From the NCBI RefSeq assembly GCF_006345805.1, contig NC_043013.1:27776001-27840000 (forward strand): 64,000 bases of DNA, given 5' to 3'. Position 1 is the stretch's first letter, and every line of letters starts with the position of its first letter. Shown in pieces: positions 41,440-55,605 of the stretch. Under the pieces are notes generated by a model. The model was not told where the DNA came from, ran no database searches, and saw only the letters and a program-made list of their open reading frames with translations. The translations under genes were made by a program, and so were the position numbers. This DNA is from Octopus sinensis. Its lineage: Eukaryota.

Positions 41440-41490
41440 TTTGTGATGTTTTTGTCATGTTTTTGGAGCTTTAATAATAATAAAGTGTGT

Positions 41491-41539
<49 letters not shown>

Positions 41540-41874
41540 ATATATATATGTATCTACGTATTTATACATATATCAACATATCATCATCATCATTTTATCA
41601 CCCACTTTTCCATGCTTGCATGGGTCAGATGGAATTTGTTGAGGCAGATTTTCTACAGCTAGATGCCCTTCCTGTCATCAACCCTCACTGGTTTCCCGTT
41701 AAAGTAACATTTCTCCCGACCAGACATGTATTTTACAGAAGATTGGAAATGAAGGACAACACCTGCATTATGGTGACATTCATTTGCATCTATCATGTGA
41801 TGTCAAGGCAAGGAAACAGTAACACACACACATATATGAAGACACACACGCACATACATACATACATACATACA

Positions 41875-41905
<31 letters not shown>

Positions 41906-41912
41906 GTATATA

Positions 41913-43191
41913 TTGAGTCATCCCATAAATAATGTGTTTTTTTCAATTGCATGGACTATAAGTCGGAGGGGTATGGGATGAACTACCTGCATAAACTTGC
42001 TATAAAAGCAGTTAGTAATTTTACCTTGTTCTTGTATTTATTCTTAGTGCAAGTTTTGAAGAGTGCAGTTCGATTTTAACAGTTATTTTTTCAAAGCTAT
42101 AATAGAAATGACAAAGGAGTATATTTGGCATTTTCTACTTTATGAGCAATAAAGGCAACAACGCAATGGAAAGTGCAAGGAATATTAATGCAGTATATGG
42201 GGGTTGGACAATAAGTGTAAGCTAGTGTCAGCAGTGGTTCCAGAAATTCCAAACCAGAAACTACAGCCTAGGAGATGAACCTCACCCTGGAGGATCTGTG
42301 GAGCTCTATGAGGATGTCCTGCAAACCCTGGTGGAACAAAATCCTGTCGTAACTATTGAGGAATTAGTAGAGAAACTTGGACTTGGTCATTCAACCATTC
42401 ATTGACAGCTGCATGCCATCAGAAAAGTCAGCAAATTGGGTCAATAAGTTCCTCATGAACTTTCCAAGTCTAATTGCATGCAGAGAGTGAATGTGTGTTC
42501 TTCTTTGCTGTCACATCTCATGAATTAAACTTTTTGGACTGAATATTGACTGGCAATGAGAAATGGGTTCCCTATAAATATGTCAAGTGCCAAAGACAGT
42601 GAGTTGGGAAAGGAGAAATACCGGCACCCAAAACTAAAAAGGTCTTCACCCATGTAAGTTGTTGTTATCTGTTGGGATATGAAAGGTTTAGTCCACTTTG
42701 AACTTTTAAACCCAAACCAAATGATAACAAAGGAGATTTACTGTGAGCAGCTTAAGTCAGCACTAGAAGAAAAATGACCATTTTTGGTTTCAAGACGAAA
42801 GGTGTTCTGCCATCAGGATAATGCTTGGCCACATACAGAAAGGATGATATACCAAAGGCTGGAACAGTTTGACTGGGAAACGATTCCCACCCACTATATT
42901 CTCTGGACATTGCCCCATCTGATTATCCTTTATTCTGCAGCCTTCAAAATCATTTGGATGGAAAAAGTATGAATTCTGTAGAGGAGGTCAAAAGAGTACT
43001 GGAGGAGTATTTTTCATCACAGACAAGTGAATTTTGGAAGAGAGGCATTGCAAATCTACCAGATAGATGGAAGAGCATTGTAGAAAATGAAGGAGAGTTT
43101 TTTATTTTAGATTAAAAACGAACTTTATCTTAATTTTGAAGAATAAATGAAGTGTAAAAAAAAAACTCGCATTATTTATGGGATGACCCAA
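41913..43191 (+). mobile_element. Full-length decayed mariner (DD34D) element
   Basis: TIRs ttg(a/g)gtcatcccataaataatg(t/c)g with TA TSDs, about 1.28 kb. The transposase pseudogene at about 42102-43115 has *VPHEL, ILTGNEKW, HQDNAWPH and YSLDIAPSDY motifs with many stops and frameshifts. Confidence 0.92.
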
Positions 43192-43269
43192 TATATATAC
43201 ATATATACATATATATATATGTATGTATACATACATATATATATATAGATATATCTACATATATATGTA

Positions 43270-43320
<51 letters not shown>

Positions 43321-43398
43321 GCATATACACACACACATATACACACATATGCGTGTGTGTGCATGTGTGTACATTTGTATGAATGCATTTATTGATAA

Positions 43399-43440
<42 letters not shown>

Positions 43441-43443
43441 TAT

Positions 43444-43487
<44 letters not shown>

Positions 43488-43502
43488 TATACACACACAC
43501 AC

Positions 43503-43560
<58 letters not shown>

Positions 43561-45524
43561 GCAAATAGCTAGAAATAGGTAGATACACAGACAGCCAAGT
43601 AAATAAGTGGCAAAAAATGTCAAGCTAGTTGGCCGGATGATCTATGCATATTTATATTTAATCATTTCAATGCAAGATTCAAAAGATGAGATACTTAGAA
43701 AGAAGACAACAATAAAATTATTTTCCATGATGAATAGGAGAGACAGGAAAAAGAACGGTTATAAATATATCCATTTGTTCCTTACCATTTTTCTTTTAAT
43801 AATCACGAAAATCATGATATTGTAGAATAAATATTTGGTTAGGCCCACCTACATAAACTGTACTCACATGAAAATGATGCTTAACATTGTATTAAATATA
43901 TCTTTTATATACATACATATATATACATACTTATATGTATACTTAATATGTATATTTCGTTTTTGGATTTGGTTTGCAAGATTCTTTATATGAGTTCGTG
44001 TGTTGAAGCATATCTTGACAATAGAGGAGATACGTGGCTGCTCTGTCATATATGAAAGTGGATGGGAGTTGCTGGAAAAAGGGATATTCACCATCTTGTA
44101 TTTTGAGGCCATGTCCTGATGAGTTGTTAGGACTTAGCTCCAATGTTCATGATGGTGAATAAAAGAGAGAGTGGGGACAGAAGATCAGGAAGGGTAAATG
44201 GGGGAAGTTTCCAATGTTGCAGGAGAAGAGAAAGAGTTGGTTAGAGATGGGGACAGAGGCGATGGTGGTGGAGGGGCTGATGTACTGGCTATACTACCTC
44301 TCATTGCTACTCCTTCACTCTCTACATCATTCAGTCAAGGGGGCTTTTTTGCCTTGTAACTTACATGGTGACTTCACAAGAGTTGGTACATGAAAACAGT
44401 ACCCGGTACACAGTGAAAAGTGGTTGGCATTAGGAAGAACAGCCAGCCATAGAAATCATGCCAAAAGCAGAGATTATCGAACTGTCCAATAGTGTGCCAG
44501 CTTGGAAGATGGCCATCAGATGATAATGATGATGATGATGACATGTGTGTGAGTGTGTGTGTGTGCGTAAGTGTGTATGTATATATACATATATTTCTTT
44601 GTTTATATGTGTATGCGTGTGTATGTTATGTGTGTATGTATGTATGGATGTGTGTGTGTGCATGTTTGTACATGCAAACACATACACACGTGTCCACCAA
44701 AAAAATCCCAAGCATTCAAACAGTTGACTCTAAAATCTATATATATGTGTGTGACTCACTTAAAGGAAATTATTACATTCTATAAATTGGCTTCCAAAGG
44801 CCAGAGAAAGAGACAAAGAGGAAAAAGAGACAGAGAAAGAGAGAGAGAGAGGAAGAAAAGAGAGAGAGAGAGAGAGAAAAAGAGAGGGAGAGAAAAAGAG
44901 AGAGAGAGATAAAGAGAGAGAGAGAGAAAGAGAGATAATGTCACAAGTTTTACCATTAAAAATTGGAATATTATTACTTTACAGTTTTCTATTTTTATAT
45001 TATAGATTGTGTTTGGTTTTATCTTTTTTTTTTGTTTTTCTTTTTTTCTTTCTCTCTCTCTTGCTTCAGCACAATGATAAAATAATGTTAGAAAACAACC
45101 GCTGTTGTCCTTTCTCAAATCTCTGAATCAATGGGCAAAGTATTGATTAGGCCGAGTCGGTGGGTTAATCACCTATTTATGAAGTCTTTGCTGACAATTT
45201 AACTTGGCGCAATTTGTGTCTGATTTTTCTGATTTTTAACTGAATGCTGAAAATCAAATCCAATAGTTTTCTAAAACTAACGACTATTGAAAAGCAGCAA
45301 ATAAATAAAAATAACAATGAAAATAAAAATATAAAATATATAGAAATATATGATTTTTTTTTCTTCTTCCAATTAGAATTTTCCATTTTTGGTCCATTTT
45401 TGTTTCGATTTTTTAAAACTTAAATCTTTATTGTTTGTTTGCTTGCTTGTTTGTTTTTTTCTTTCTTTGTTTGTTTATTCTAAGTCTATCATAATTCTTT
45501 TGTATGTATATGTGTGTGTGTGTA

Positions 45525-45559
<35 letters not shown>

Positions 45560-46848
45560 TTGGGGAGAGGTAAAAGGAGGTGAGTGGCTGTTGAGAAAGA
45601 GAGATGAGGTGTATATTTTCGAGATGTTTTCTTCATTTAATTGAAATTGAATTCCATTCAGATACATACGAATACACATGCACATGCACACACACACACA
45701 CCACACACACACACATGCACATATACCCACACACACATTTACTTATACACACACAAATTCTTATGCATGTATGTGGACATACACACACATACATATCCCT
45801 TGGTGCCAGCCAAAATGTCCAAGGCATAGAAACTCTGAGTAGCAGCATAAATGGTTTCAACCAAATAAATTTCATAAACACATTCTATGCATTCAGTACT
45901 ATTTCTGTTTAAGTCAACATATTGTGTATGTATGTATGTATGCATGTATGCATGTATGTATGTATGTATGTATGTATGTATGTCTGTATGTATGTATGTA
46001 TGTATGTATGTATGTATGTAGTATGTATGTATGTATGCATGTATGTATGTGTGTATGTATGTATGTATGTATGTATGTATGTATGTATGTATGATTGTAT
46101 GATTGTATGAATGTATGTATGTATGTACACAGTTATATATATATGTAAGTATGTAAGTATGTATATATGTATGTGTGTGTATGCATGTATGTATGTGTGT
46201 GTCTATATACATACACAGAGGCATGCATATTTACATATGTTTATAAATATACATACAAAACTCACACACATATCTATATATTTATAAATACACACACACA
46301 CCTTCACACACACACACACAAATAGGCAACAATTTGGCATCAGGATTCCAAGCAATGCCCATAATCATCTCATTAGAAGAATTCACTCTCTTTGTATTAC
46401 CATCAATAATTCTATAAGATTGTGGCACTGGAGGTAAATTGTCAGCAGCGGAATTTTGCTGCAACCAAATTAAACTAAAATGGTGACTGATGATACTGCA
46501 CAAACAAGTTCACACCCTGAGCACAATTGCTTAACGAAGGAGTCTCTGCATGGCCACTAAACCTGCTACTGCTAGAAATAGTGACCAAATTTTCTTCAGA
46601 AAGCATTTAGGCTAATTTAGTTCATAGTACACTGTGCAGGAAAAAATAGATTGGATGGTCATGGTCAGACCTTCTGGCCATAAGTTTGCTTAATCAATGA
46701 TAAGATGAAAAAACAACTATAACAAATTTTCAAGCATCAAGGTGTTTGCTATGAGATCTCTGCTAAACTAGGGTGCAAGAAAAATTATTGAACCTATTTT
46801 AAATTCATTCCAGCCTGTCAGCTATTTATGACACCAGTGGTTTGTTAA

Positions 46849-47545
46849 CCCTTTTGTTACCATATTTCTGTTGAGATGCTCTGTGTTTCTTTCAATTAAT
46901 TTTAAACATAACAAAGAATTTAGTAAAATAACTTTGTTATCATTAAGCTAGTGTTAGGAACATAAATTGTGACTAAGGTTGGTGGAAGATTTTAAGCCAG
47001 AACTTATGAAAACAAGACATTTGTACTACTGAGCCAGAAGCAATTTCAGCCGGGTTGGTATCAAAAAGGTTAAGAATTGTTTCTCTATTATACATTTTAA
47101 CCCTTTTGTTACCATATTTCTGTTGAGATGCTCTGTGTTTCTTTCAATTAATTTTAAACATAACAAAGAATTTAGTAAAATAACTTTGTTATCATTAAGC
47201 TAGTGTTAGAAACATAAATTGTGACTACGGTTTGGTGGAAGATTTTAAACCAGAACTTATGAAAACAAGACATTTGTACTACAGAGCCAGAAGCAATTTC
47301 AGCTGGGTTGGTATCAAAAAGGTTAAGAATTGTTTCTCTATTATATATTTTAACCCTTTTGTTACCATATTTCTGTTGAGATGCTCTGTGTTTCTTTCAA
47401 TTGATTTTAAATATAACAAAGAATTTAGTAAAATAACTTAGTTATCGTTAAGCTAGTGTTAGGAACGTAAATTGTGACTAAGGTTTGGTGGAAGATTTTA
47501 ATCCAGAACTTATGAAAACAAGACATTTGTACTACAGAGCCAGAC
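46849..47545 (+). repeat. Tandem array of 3 piggyBac-type MITE units (period 252-253 bp)
   Basis: Units start at 46849, 47101 and 47354 with ttaa-ccctttt...aaaaagg-ttaa plus a shared spacer. The third unit is truncated. Confidence 0.9.
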
Positions 47546-48419
47546 ACAGTGTTTATTTCAATTAATAAAGTTTTGTTTCAGCCGAGATATGTGCATCTGA
47601 ATTTAAAGGTTGAAAACCGCAAGAACTTTCTTGACAACCTTATAGAAACGAAATATATTCTTTTATTCTTTTACTTGTTTCAGTCATTTGACTGCAGCCA
47701 TGCTGGAGCACAGCTTTGAAGGGTTTTAGTTGAAGAAATAGACCCCAGGACTTATTCTTTGTAAGCCAAATACTTATTCTATCGGTTTCTTTTGCTAAAC
47801 CGCTAAGTTACGAGGACATGAACACACCAGCATTGGTTGTCAAGCAATGGCAGGGGGACAAATACATATGCACACATACACAAAGACACACTCACAAATA
47901 TATACATACATACATATATATACACACACACATACACACATATATATATCATCATCATCGTTTAATGTCCGTTTTCCATACTAGCATGGGTTGGATGGTT
48001 CAACTAGGGTCTGGGAAGCCAGGAGGCTGCACCAGGCTCCAGTCTGATCTAGCAGTGTTTCTACAGCTGGATGCTTTTCCTAATGCCAACCATTCTGTGA
48101 GTGTAGTGGGTGCTTTTTATATGCCACCGGCATGGAAGCCAGTCAAGGCGGTGCTGGCATCGGCCACATTCGGATGGTGCTTTTAACATGCCACCGGTAC
48201 AGGTATCACAACTACAATCTCCATTTGATTTTTATTTTGATGTTGATGTACTTGACTCAATAGGTCTCCTCAAGCACAGCAGGTCACCCTACAATCCAAG
48301 GTAAGCACAGCAGGCTGTCCTGCAAGCCATGAACTTACTTCTTTTGTCAGATCTTCGCAGTCACAGCATATCAAACATATATATTCATATATATCTATAT
48401 ATGTCTGTATCAGGTCACT

Positions 48420-49065
48420 TTCGAGTGCTACTGGTAACATGTAACCCAGTACAACCTGTTGCATGGTCGGGCCGTCGGCAACTAAACCGGCAACCCCACC
48501 AAGCTTGCTTGGTGAGGAGGGGGATTATTGGACACCCTGCGGGATGAAAAACAAAACCCGGCAAAGGGCGGAGAAACTCTTGAGAGTCAACGGCCATCCG
48601 ATAAATGTGTATTTTTTTTTTTCTCTTAAGGCTTAAGGCTGTATCATGTGCGGGAGACATAGAAATAATCGGACTGAATACCCGACTGAATACTATTGGG
48701 AGTGAAGGACTTCTAGCCTTTGTTAGGGCATCCTTCTAGGAGAAGGTAACTCAGGTAACTGGGATAACTCCGACATAAAACCTGCGGCTCAGTGGTTACC
48801 GATGATGTTGACTTGTTCTTCTTTTCGGATTATGGCTGCTGTTGCTTAGTGAGTGGGATTGACTCAGTGCACAGCCTTTCCTCACTTTGAAAAAATCTTC
48901 TTGCACAGGCATTGCATGGTAACAACATTGTTCATGATTGTTAATTGTGTTGTGAGTCTCAACTGAATGGCTGACTGTAGCCTTAAAAAACAAATAAAAG
49001 TCACATTCGATCACAGCACCAATAACAGTTAAGCTTTGTGCAATGGCCATACTCGATCATGAGGG
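48420..49065 (+). mobile_element. GC-richer insert resembling an RTE-type 5' UTR (non-autonomous element)
   Basis: The motif ttagggcatccttctaggagaaggtaactc resembles RTE 5' UTR boxes. Several hairpins are present and there is no credible ORF. Confidence 0.4.
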
Positions 49066-49557
49066 GGCAGCTATCATATATATATATAGAGAGAGAGAGC
49101 AATTTGCAGAAGTGCTTTGTGACCAGCAGTGTATTATCATCACATCTCATTGTCCGATTGACGCTGGGCAGTGATATGTGTAATATATTCTTACGTGTAT
49201 CTATGTTTCTATCTTGAATTTCAATTCAATGTCATTGATATTTGGTGCATCAAGACTAGATTTGAATAATTAATGAACATTTTTATGTTCGTTGAGTTCT
49301 TTGTTAAACTCTTTACACAATGAAGTATTTTTTATTATTCAGAAAGTTATTTTTATTTCTAGCAATACCTGCCTGTCTTGCCTACCTCTCTGTCTGTCTG
49401 CCTGCCTGCCTGCCAGTCTGTCTGTCTGACTGTCTTGTATCCCATGGTGTGAAACTTGAGTCTCTTCTTCCTTATTATTCAGCTTCAGCCTCTCAGTGAA
49501 TGTTGTTCTTTTCTGTGCCAGATCAATAGACCACTGCCTGCATGTGTGTGTTTACAC

Positions 49558-49599
<42 letters not shown>

Positions 49600-49715
49600 C
49601 ACATGTACACATATATTGAGAGGGAGAGAAAGATAGAGATACCTCTAGTTATATAGATATACACATATCTATGTAATATTATATATATATATATTATATA
49701 TATATATATATATTA

Positions 49716-49751
<36 letters not shown>

Positions 49752-49797
49752 TGTATGTATGTATGTATTTACATACAAAAGTTTGTGTTTATAGTTA

Positions 49798-49832
<35 letters not shown>

Positions 49833-50276
49833 GTGCATGTGTGTGTATGTGTGTACTTACATACAATAGTTTGTATTTATAGTTATGCACATATATGTAT
49901 ACATATATATACATACATATATATTCATATAGTTATATCTTTTGTTACTCTCTTAAATATTTCTGTCTATAATTTCATGTCCTACTTATATGTTGTAGTC
50001 CTTTACTTTTAGTCCATGTTTGTCTATCACATCAATGATATTTCCTATGTAGCTGGCACACCATGATAAGTAGCACAATGGAAATTAAAATCTTTTGAAT
50101 TTAAATGTGCTGAAACTGCACTTGTAGTCTGGTTTCCACAGCTGAGGAGAGGATTTCCACATTTATTTGTCCCTCATCCTCTTCTGTTGTTTACATATTT
50201 CAATTTCATTTTTCATTAATATCTGTAGTGCATACAGCCTACTAACATTTTTGCCGAGCTATCTATATATTTGCTT

Positions 50277-50653
50277 GTATGTATGTATGCATGTATGTAT
50301 GTATGTATGTATGCATGCATGTATGTATGTATGTATGTATGTATGTATGTATGTATGTATGTATGTATGCATGCATGCATGTATGTATGTATGTATGTAT
50401 GTATGCATGCATGCATGCATGCATGTATGTATGTATGTATGTATGTATGTATGCATGCATGCATGCATGTATGTATGTATGTATGTATGCATGCATGCAT
50501 GTATGTATGTATGTATGTATGCATATATGTATGCATGTATGTATGTATGTACGTATGCATGTATGTATGTATGCATGCATGCATGCATGTATGTATGTAT
50601 ATATGTATGCATGTATGTATGCATGTATGTATGTATGTATGCATATATGTATG

Positions 50654-50687
<34 letters not shown>

Positions 50688-50795
50688 TGTATGTATGCAT
50701 GCATGCATGTATGTATGTATGTATATGTGTATGTATGTATGTATGTATGTATGTAGGTAGGTAGGTAGGTAGGTAGGTAGGTAGATAGATAGGTA
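50277..50795. repeat. Long (TATG)n/(CATG)n compound microsatellite ending in (GTAG)n
   Basis: Directly visible; it is the source of the MYVC/HTYI ORFs. Confidence 0.95.
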
Positions 50796-51161
50796 GTTAG
50801 CTAGGTTTGCAGTATATATATTTGAGAAAACAAAGAAGTTTAATGAATGAAGGACTACATACAAAAGCAAGATAATATATCATAGATTTTAATAATTGAC
50901 ATTTTTGGGTGCAAATTAAATGCACACCAATAGAACATGAAAAACTATTCTGAAATTTTACAATTTTATTCATGGATAATGGTGAGGGCATCCCCACCAC
51001 TCTAACAGAGTGCAGAGTTACAAGCCATGAAAACTTGATTAAAAATTTCTGAGGGCAGCGAGAAGGGGAGGATCAGTTGATCAGAGAAGGATAGGTGAAT
51101 GAGGAGGTAAAGGGTAAATAAGAATTGTAATATGATATATATGTATGTATATATAAGTGTG

Positions 51162-51218
<57 letters not shown>

Positions 51219-51508
51219 GTATACATATACATATACATATGCACATGCACGCACACATACACACACATATATAGTTGTGTGTATATATATGAGTCTTGTA
51301 TATACATATGTGTTTAAAACAGAAAACATTTCCATGAAACATCATTATACGGAAAACTGAAAATATAAACAAAAAACAATTGAAAAATAAACCAAAACAA
51401 ACCAAATGAGTAGAACAAGGCAAGGGAGATATTTTCAAAATTTCTAGAGGGGCAATATTTGTTTTATCCTCCTATATACAAACATACATACATACATACA
51501 TACATACA

Positions 51509-51544
<36 letters not shown>

Positions 51545-51955
51545 TATATATATGTATGCATGTATGTATATGTATGTATGTTTGTATGTATGTGAGTGTG
51601 TGTGTATATATATACATATATATACACACACACATATATCTGTATGTATAGTGTGTGCGCATATATCATTTATGAATTTTTGTCTCTCTGTTTATGTGTT
51701 TGAGTTTTTCCAGAGAGAAAACACAAGAATTAAAAACAAAAATATGGAAAAAAGGTGACACAAAAAAAAATTTGATAAAATTACCCCGAACAGTATTTAG
51801 ATGGTTGAGAGAAGAAAACAAAAAAATTTTTTTTTTCTTGTGTAGTGATTGAGTGTTTACAGTAAGAGATGGAAATTTTTAACAATTCAGTTGTTACAAA
51901 ACATGAGTTAGCAACAATAATGAATTATTATTGGAATCAACAGTAGTTTATATAA

Positions 51956-51992
<37 letters not shown>

Positions 51993-52009
51993 GATAATAA
52001 CAATAATAT

Positions 52010-52099
<90 letters not shown>

Positions 52100-52667
52100 T
52101 AATAAATAAAATATATGCATACATACAAACATATATGTATGTACCTACACCTACATATATATATATACATGCATATATAAATATATATACGTGTGTACAG
52201 GACACCACAAATAGACGTAGAACTCAACGAGAAGCGAAAACGTAAAAACACCATGGAATGGACCATATATATATATATATGCATATGTTAGATATGACAC
52301 ACAAGGGAGATTACTGCTATGAAGCACTGGAGTATATTAAGAGAAAAAAATGACGCATGAAAGTGAGAGTATAACAAAAGAAATAAAGAGATACATGAGA
52401 AGGAGGAGAAGAGAAGGAGGATGAGTGAGAGGAGTAAGTAGTGTGATGCTAGACACAAATAAAGGAAAACGAACGAAGACAATCACATGATAGCCACCAC
52501 CAAAACTGACCATGTCTTACGAGTAGAGGGAAGAATTGTTAGTATGGCCACATTTCTACAAGTGCCTATATACATGGGAGTAAGCATATCTGTATCATAT
52601 ATGTTGTATGTGTATGTGTATGTGGTGTGTGTGAGTGTATACATACATGCGTACATATATGCATGTA

Positions 52668-52747
<80 letters not shown>

Positions 52748-52778
52748 ATGTGTGTGTGTGGAGATATATATAAATATA

Positions 52779-53616
52779 CGTAGTCTGATCAATAAGTATC
52801 TGCACTGTTGCTATAGTAATGAAGCTAAAGCATGCAGAGTAAAGCCACTTGGCACAGATTGACCTTGAACTCGACTGTGTATGCGCACTAAGTTTTAACA
52901 TTCTACCCCACTTCCGCTGCTTACAGCAGTACTTGGAAGGAAGGTGTGTAGTGTGATGATCACACACTACACACCTTGACAGAAAGTTGAACAAAGAATC
53001 TGCTTCAAATGCTTGCCATAATTTTGGTGATACCTGCTCAGAGGCCTATGCAAAGTTTTCAAAAAGTTTTAACCACTCTCAACGCAATCAGGTAAGTCTT
53101 TTGCACCTGAAACTCAAGTGTCTTTTTCGTCAGCTGAAAGCAGTTTTTGGCACAAACTTGGCAGAACACGTCTCATAACCAAATCTTTTGTGATTATGGA
53201 CTGAACTGAACCGTAACTAATCTGCACATCCTCTGATAACTCATGGATGGTGATTTAACAATTTCCCCTCACAGCTGCATGTACATCTGCAATGTTTTTC
53301 TCAGTTCTGTTGATTGTGAGTCTTCCAGGATATTCATCAATATCAACACCCCTCTACATACACTCTCTGCAACTTTGCATAGGCCTTTGAGCAGGTATCG
53401 ACATGACAACTTTCTATGTCATGGTTGATGTGACAAACACACACTAGACACCTTCCTTCCAAGCACTGCTGTAAACAGCTGAAGTGAGCTAGAACGTTAA
53501 GACTTAGTGTGCATGTGCAACAGAGTTGAAGGTCAATCTTTGTGAAGTGGCTTTACTATGCATGCTTTAGCTTCGTTACTATGGCAACAGTGAGGATACT
53601 TATTGACCAGATTTCA
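52779..53616. mobile_element. mariner-derived element with about 270-bp inverted ends (two 5' ends)
   Basis: TA-cgtagtctgatcaataagtatc...gatacttattgaccagatttca-TA. The inverted arms include the transposase start. The internal minus-strand fragment reads EYPGRLTINRTEKNI...ITIHELSEDVQISYGSVQSII...KFVPK. Confidence 0.85.
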
Positions 53617-53654
53617 TATATATATATGTATGTATATATATATATGTATATGCA

Positions 53655-53731
<77 letters not shown>

Positions 53732-53967
53732 GTGTGTGTGTGTGTGTGTGAGTGTGTGTATTTATTTATTTGTATTATCTATATTACAGACATATACATA
53801 CGTAAGTATATGTGTATAATTTATATATGTATGTGTGTGTGTGTGTGTGTGGGTATATATATATGAATATTTATGAATGTATCCCTCATCTCTCTCTCTC
53901 TTGGTCTTTCTATATATATATATATACACACACACATGCATATGTATACATATCCATATAATATAAA

Positions 53968-54001
<34 letters not shown>

Positions 54002-54554
54002 GTACATGTGTATGTGTGTGTGTGTGTGTGCGTCTATCTAATTTTCCTATACTGGTTTCTTATGTTGTTTTATTGTCATTGTCAAGAGTTGCCAATATTT
54101 TATATCTTCTACTTTTTCATTTGTTAGATTGTTGTTTATTTATATATTGCTTCCCACTAGCCAATTCAGTAAATGTGTCTACTTGCTGATTACAAATTTG
54201 CAAGCTGTTTTGCAAGGCTTTGTCTGGCTTTGATAGCTTTAATTATTTATTCATTGATCATTGAGTTGTACTTGATCTGATTCTGCCTGTCGACTACATC
54301 ATTCATATCCTGTTGTTGTATCTACTTAATGTATATTTCTATGTCTGCCATCATTAAAAATGTTTTTGATATATATTTTGTTGGGAGTTTACAATTTATA
54401 TCTGATGTTGCTAAATGGTGAAGCTTTACTGTGGATTACTGTTGGCATTATTGTATCTCTACTGCTATTTCTGTTACAGTTGCAATGAAGATCTCATGAA
54501 AAACTACTTAAGCAAACATATGGATGAGAGCATACACAGAATAATACTAATGAC

Positions 54555-55605
54555 ACAGATTAGCCAAACAGGATATGATGAAGAAATCAACAAGCAGAGA
54601 CAGAAATGGCCAATGAGAAACAATTGTAATGACCGTGTGAAGCGAGGTGATGCGAATGGCTCCTTAGTACATCACACGGTCAATACAATAAATATAAAAA
54701 AATAATGCATATATGTGCCAGAGGAAAAAGCGAGACACAACAGAGTAGAATGTTTAAGAGAAAGATTTATTGATATGTTAACATGTATGACTGTGTGTGT
54801 GTCATGTATACAGAACAATAGACAGGCTGTCATGAGAACAAAGTGTATGTGTGTGTGTAGGCATGGATGTATGTGTGTGCATTAAATTCAGAGAAGAATA
54901 GTAATGAAGAAGAAAATCATTGAAAGAGTCTATAATGAGAAGTTAGAAGAATGTTCATAGACACAAGAATGAGAATACCAGTTTGTAGTCAATTGTACAT
55001 TATAGTTGGAATATTGTATCAAGAAGTTGCAGCAATGATGCAGAGCCAGTTGAGGTACATGTTGTATGTGAAGTTGTGGCTGTGATGCTGCTACCTGGGT
55101 CACTTGGTACAGGAGTTCTTGCAGGTTGTATATTCACTGTTGATCCATGGTGAAGTAGTTCATGAACAGTGCAGTGTTGTAACCTGGGTGAGTTGCTTGT
55201 CGAGTTGCGTACGTAGAGAGATGTTGATGTTAGGACGAAAGGTGGCGGCGGAGATGGAGGTCACTGAATGCTGTTGGACAAAATTGATGAGTTTCAATGT
55301 AGTTGCTGTTTGTGTTGTCACTGGAACTGACTGTGTCTTGTGTGGTCAGTGGCTAGACCTCAAAATGTCTGTAACCAAAGACCTGGAGGCAATGAGAAGC
55401 TAGAGTTTTTATAAGTTGTAGGCTCAAAGTTGGGTAGAAAACAGGCTGTCACACGTGACCTTATTTGAAGGCTGTGATTGGTTGGGTCACATATTGACAC
55501 ACGCTAGAGCAAGAGACAAATTGCGCCAATACCAGCCAATCAGAGTAGTGGACACAACAGGATCCAAAATGTGGCAAAGGCTAGCTGTTATCTACTACGT
55601 TCGTA
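54555..55605 (-). mobile_element. Possible solo-LTR-like or unclassified insert
   Basis: Non-simple sequence with CCAAT boxes (about 55477-55540), minus-strand TATAAAA at about 55412, minus-strand AATAAA at about 54770, and a hairpin at 54625-54688. The ends are not defined. Confidence 0.3.

Noticed and set aside
44020-44145. ctgatga at 44116 as a third permuted hammerhead
   Set aside because: The putative stem I partner is not preceded by NUH, and there is no matching GAAA-stem III pair.
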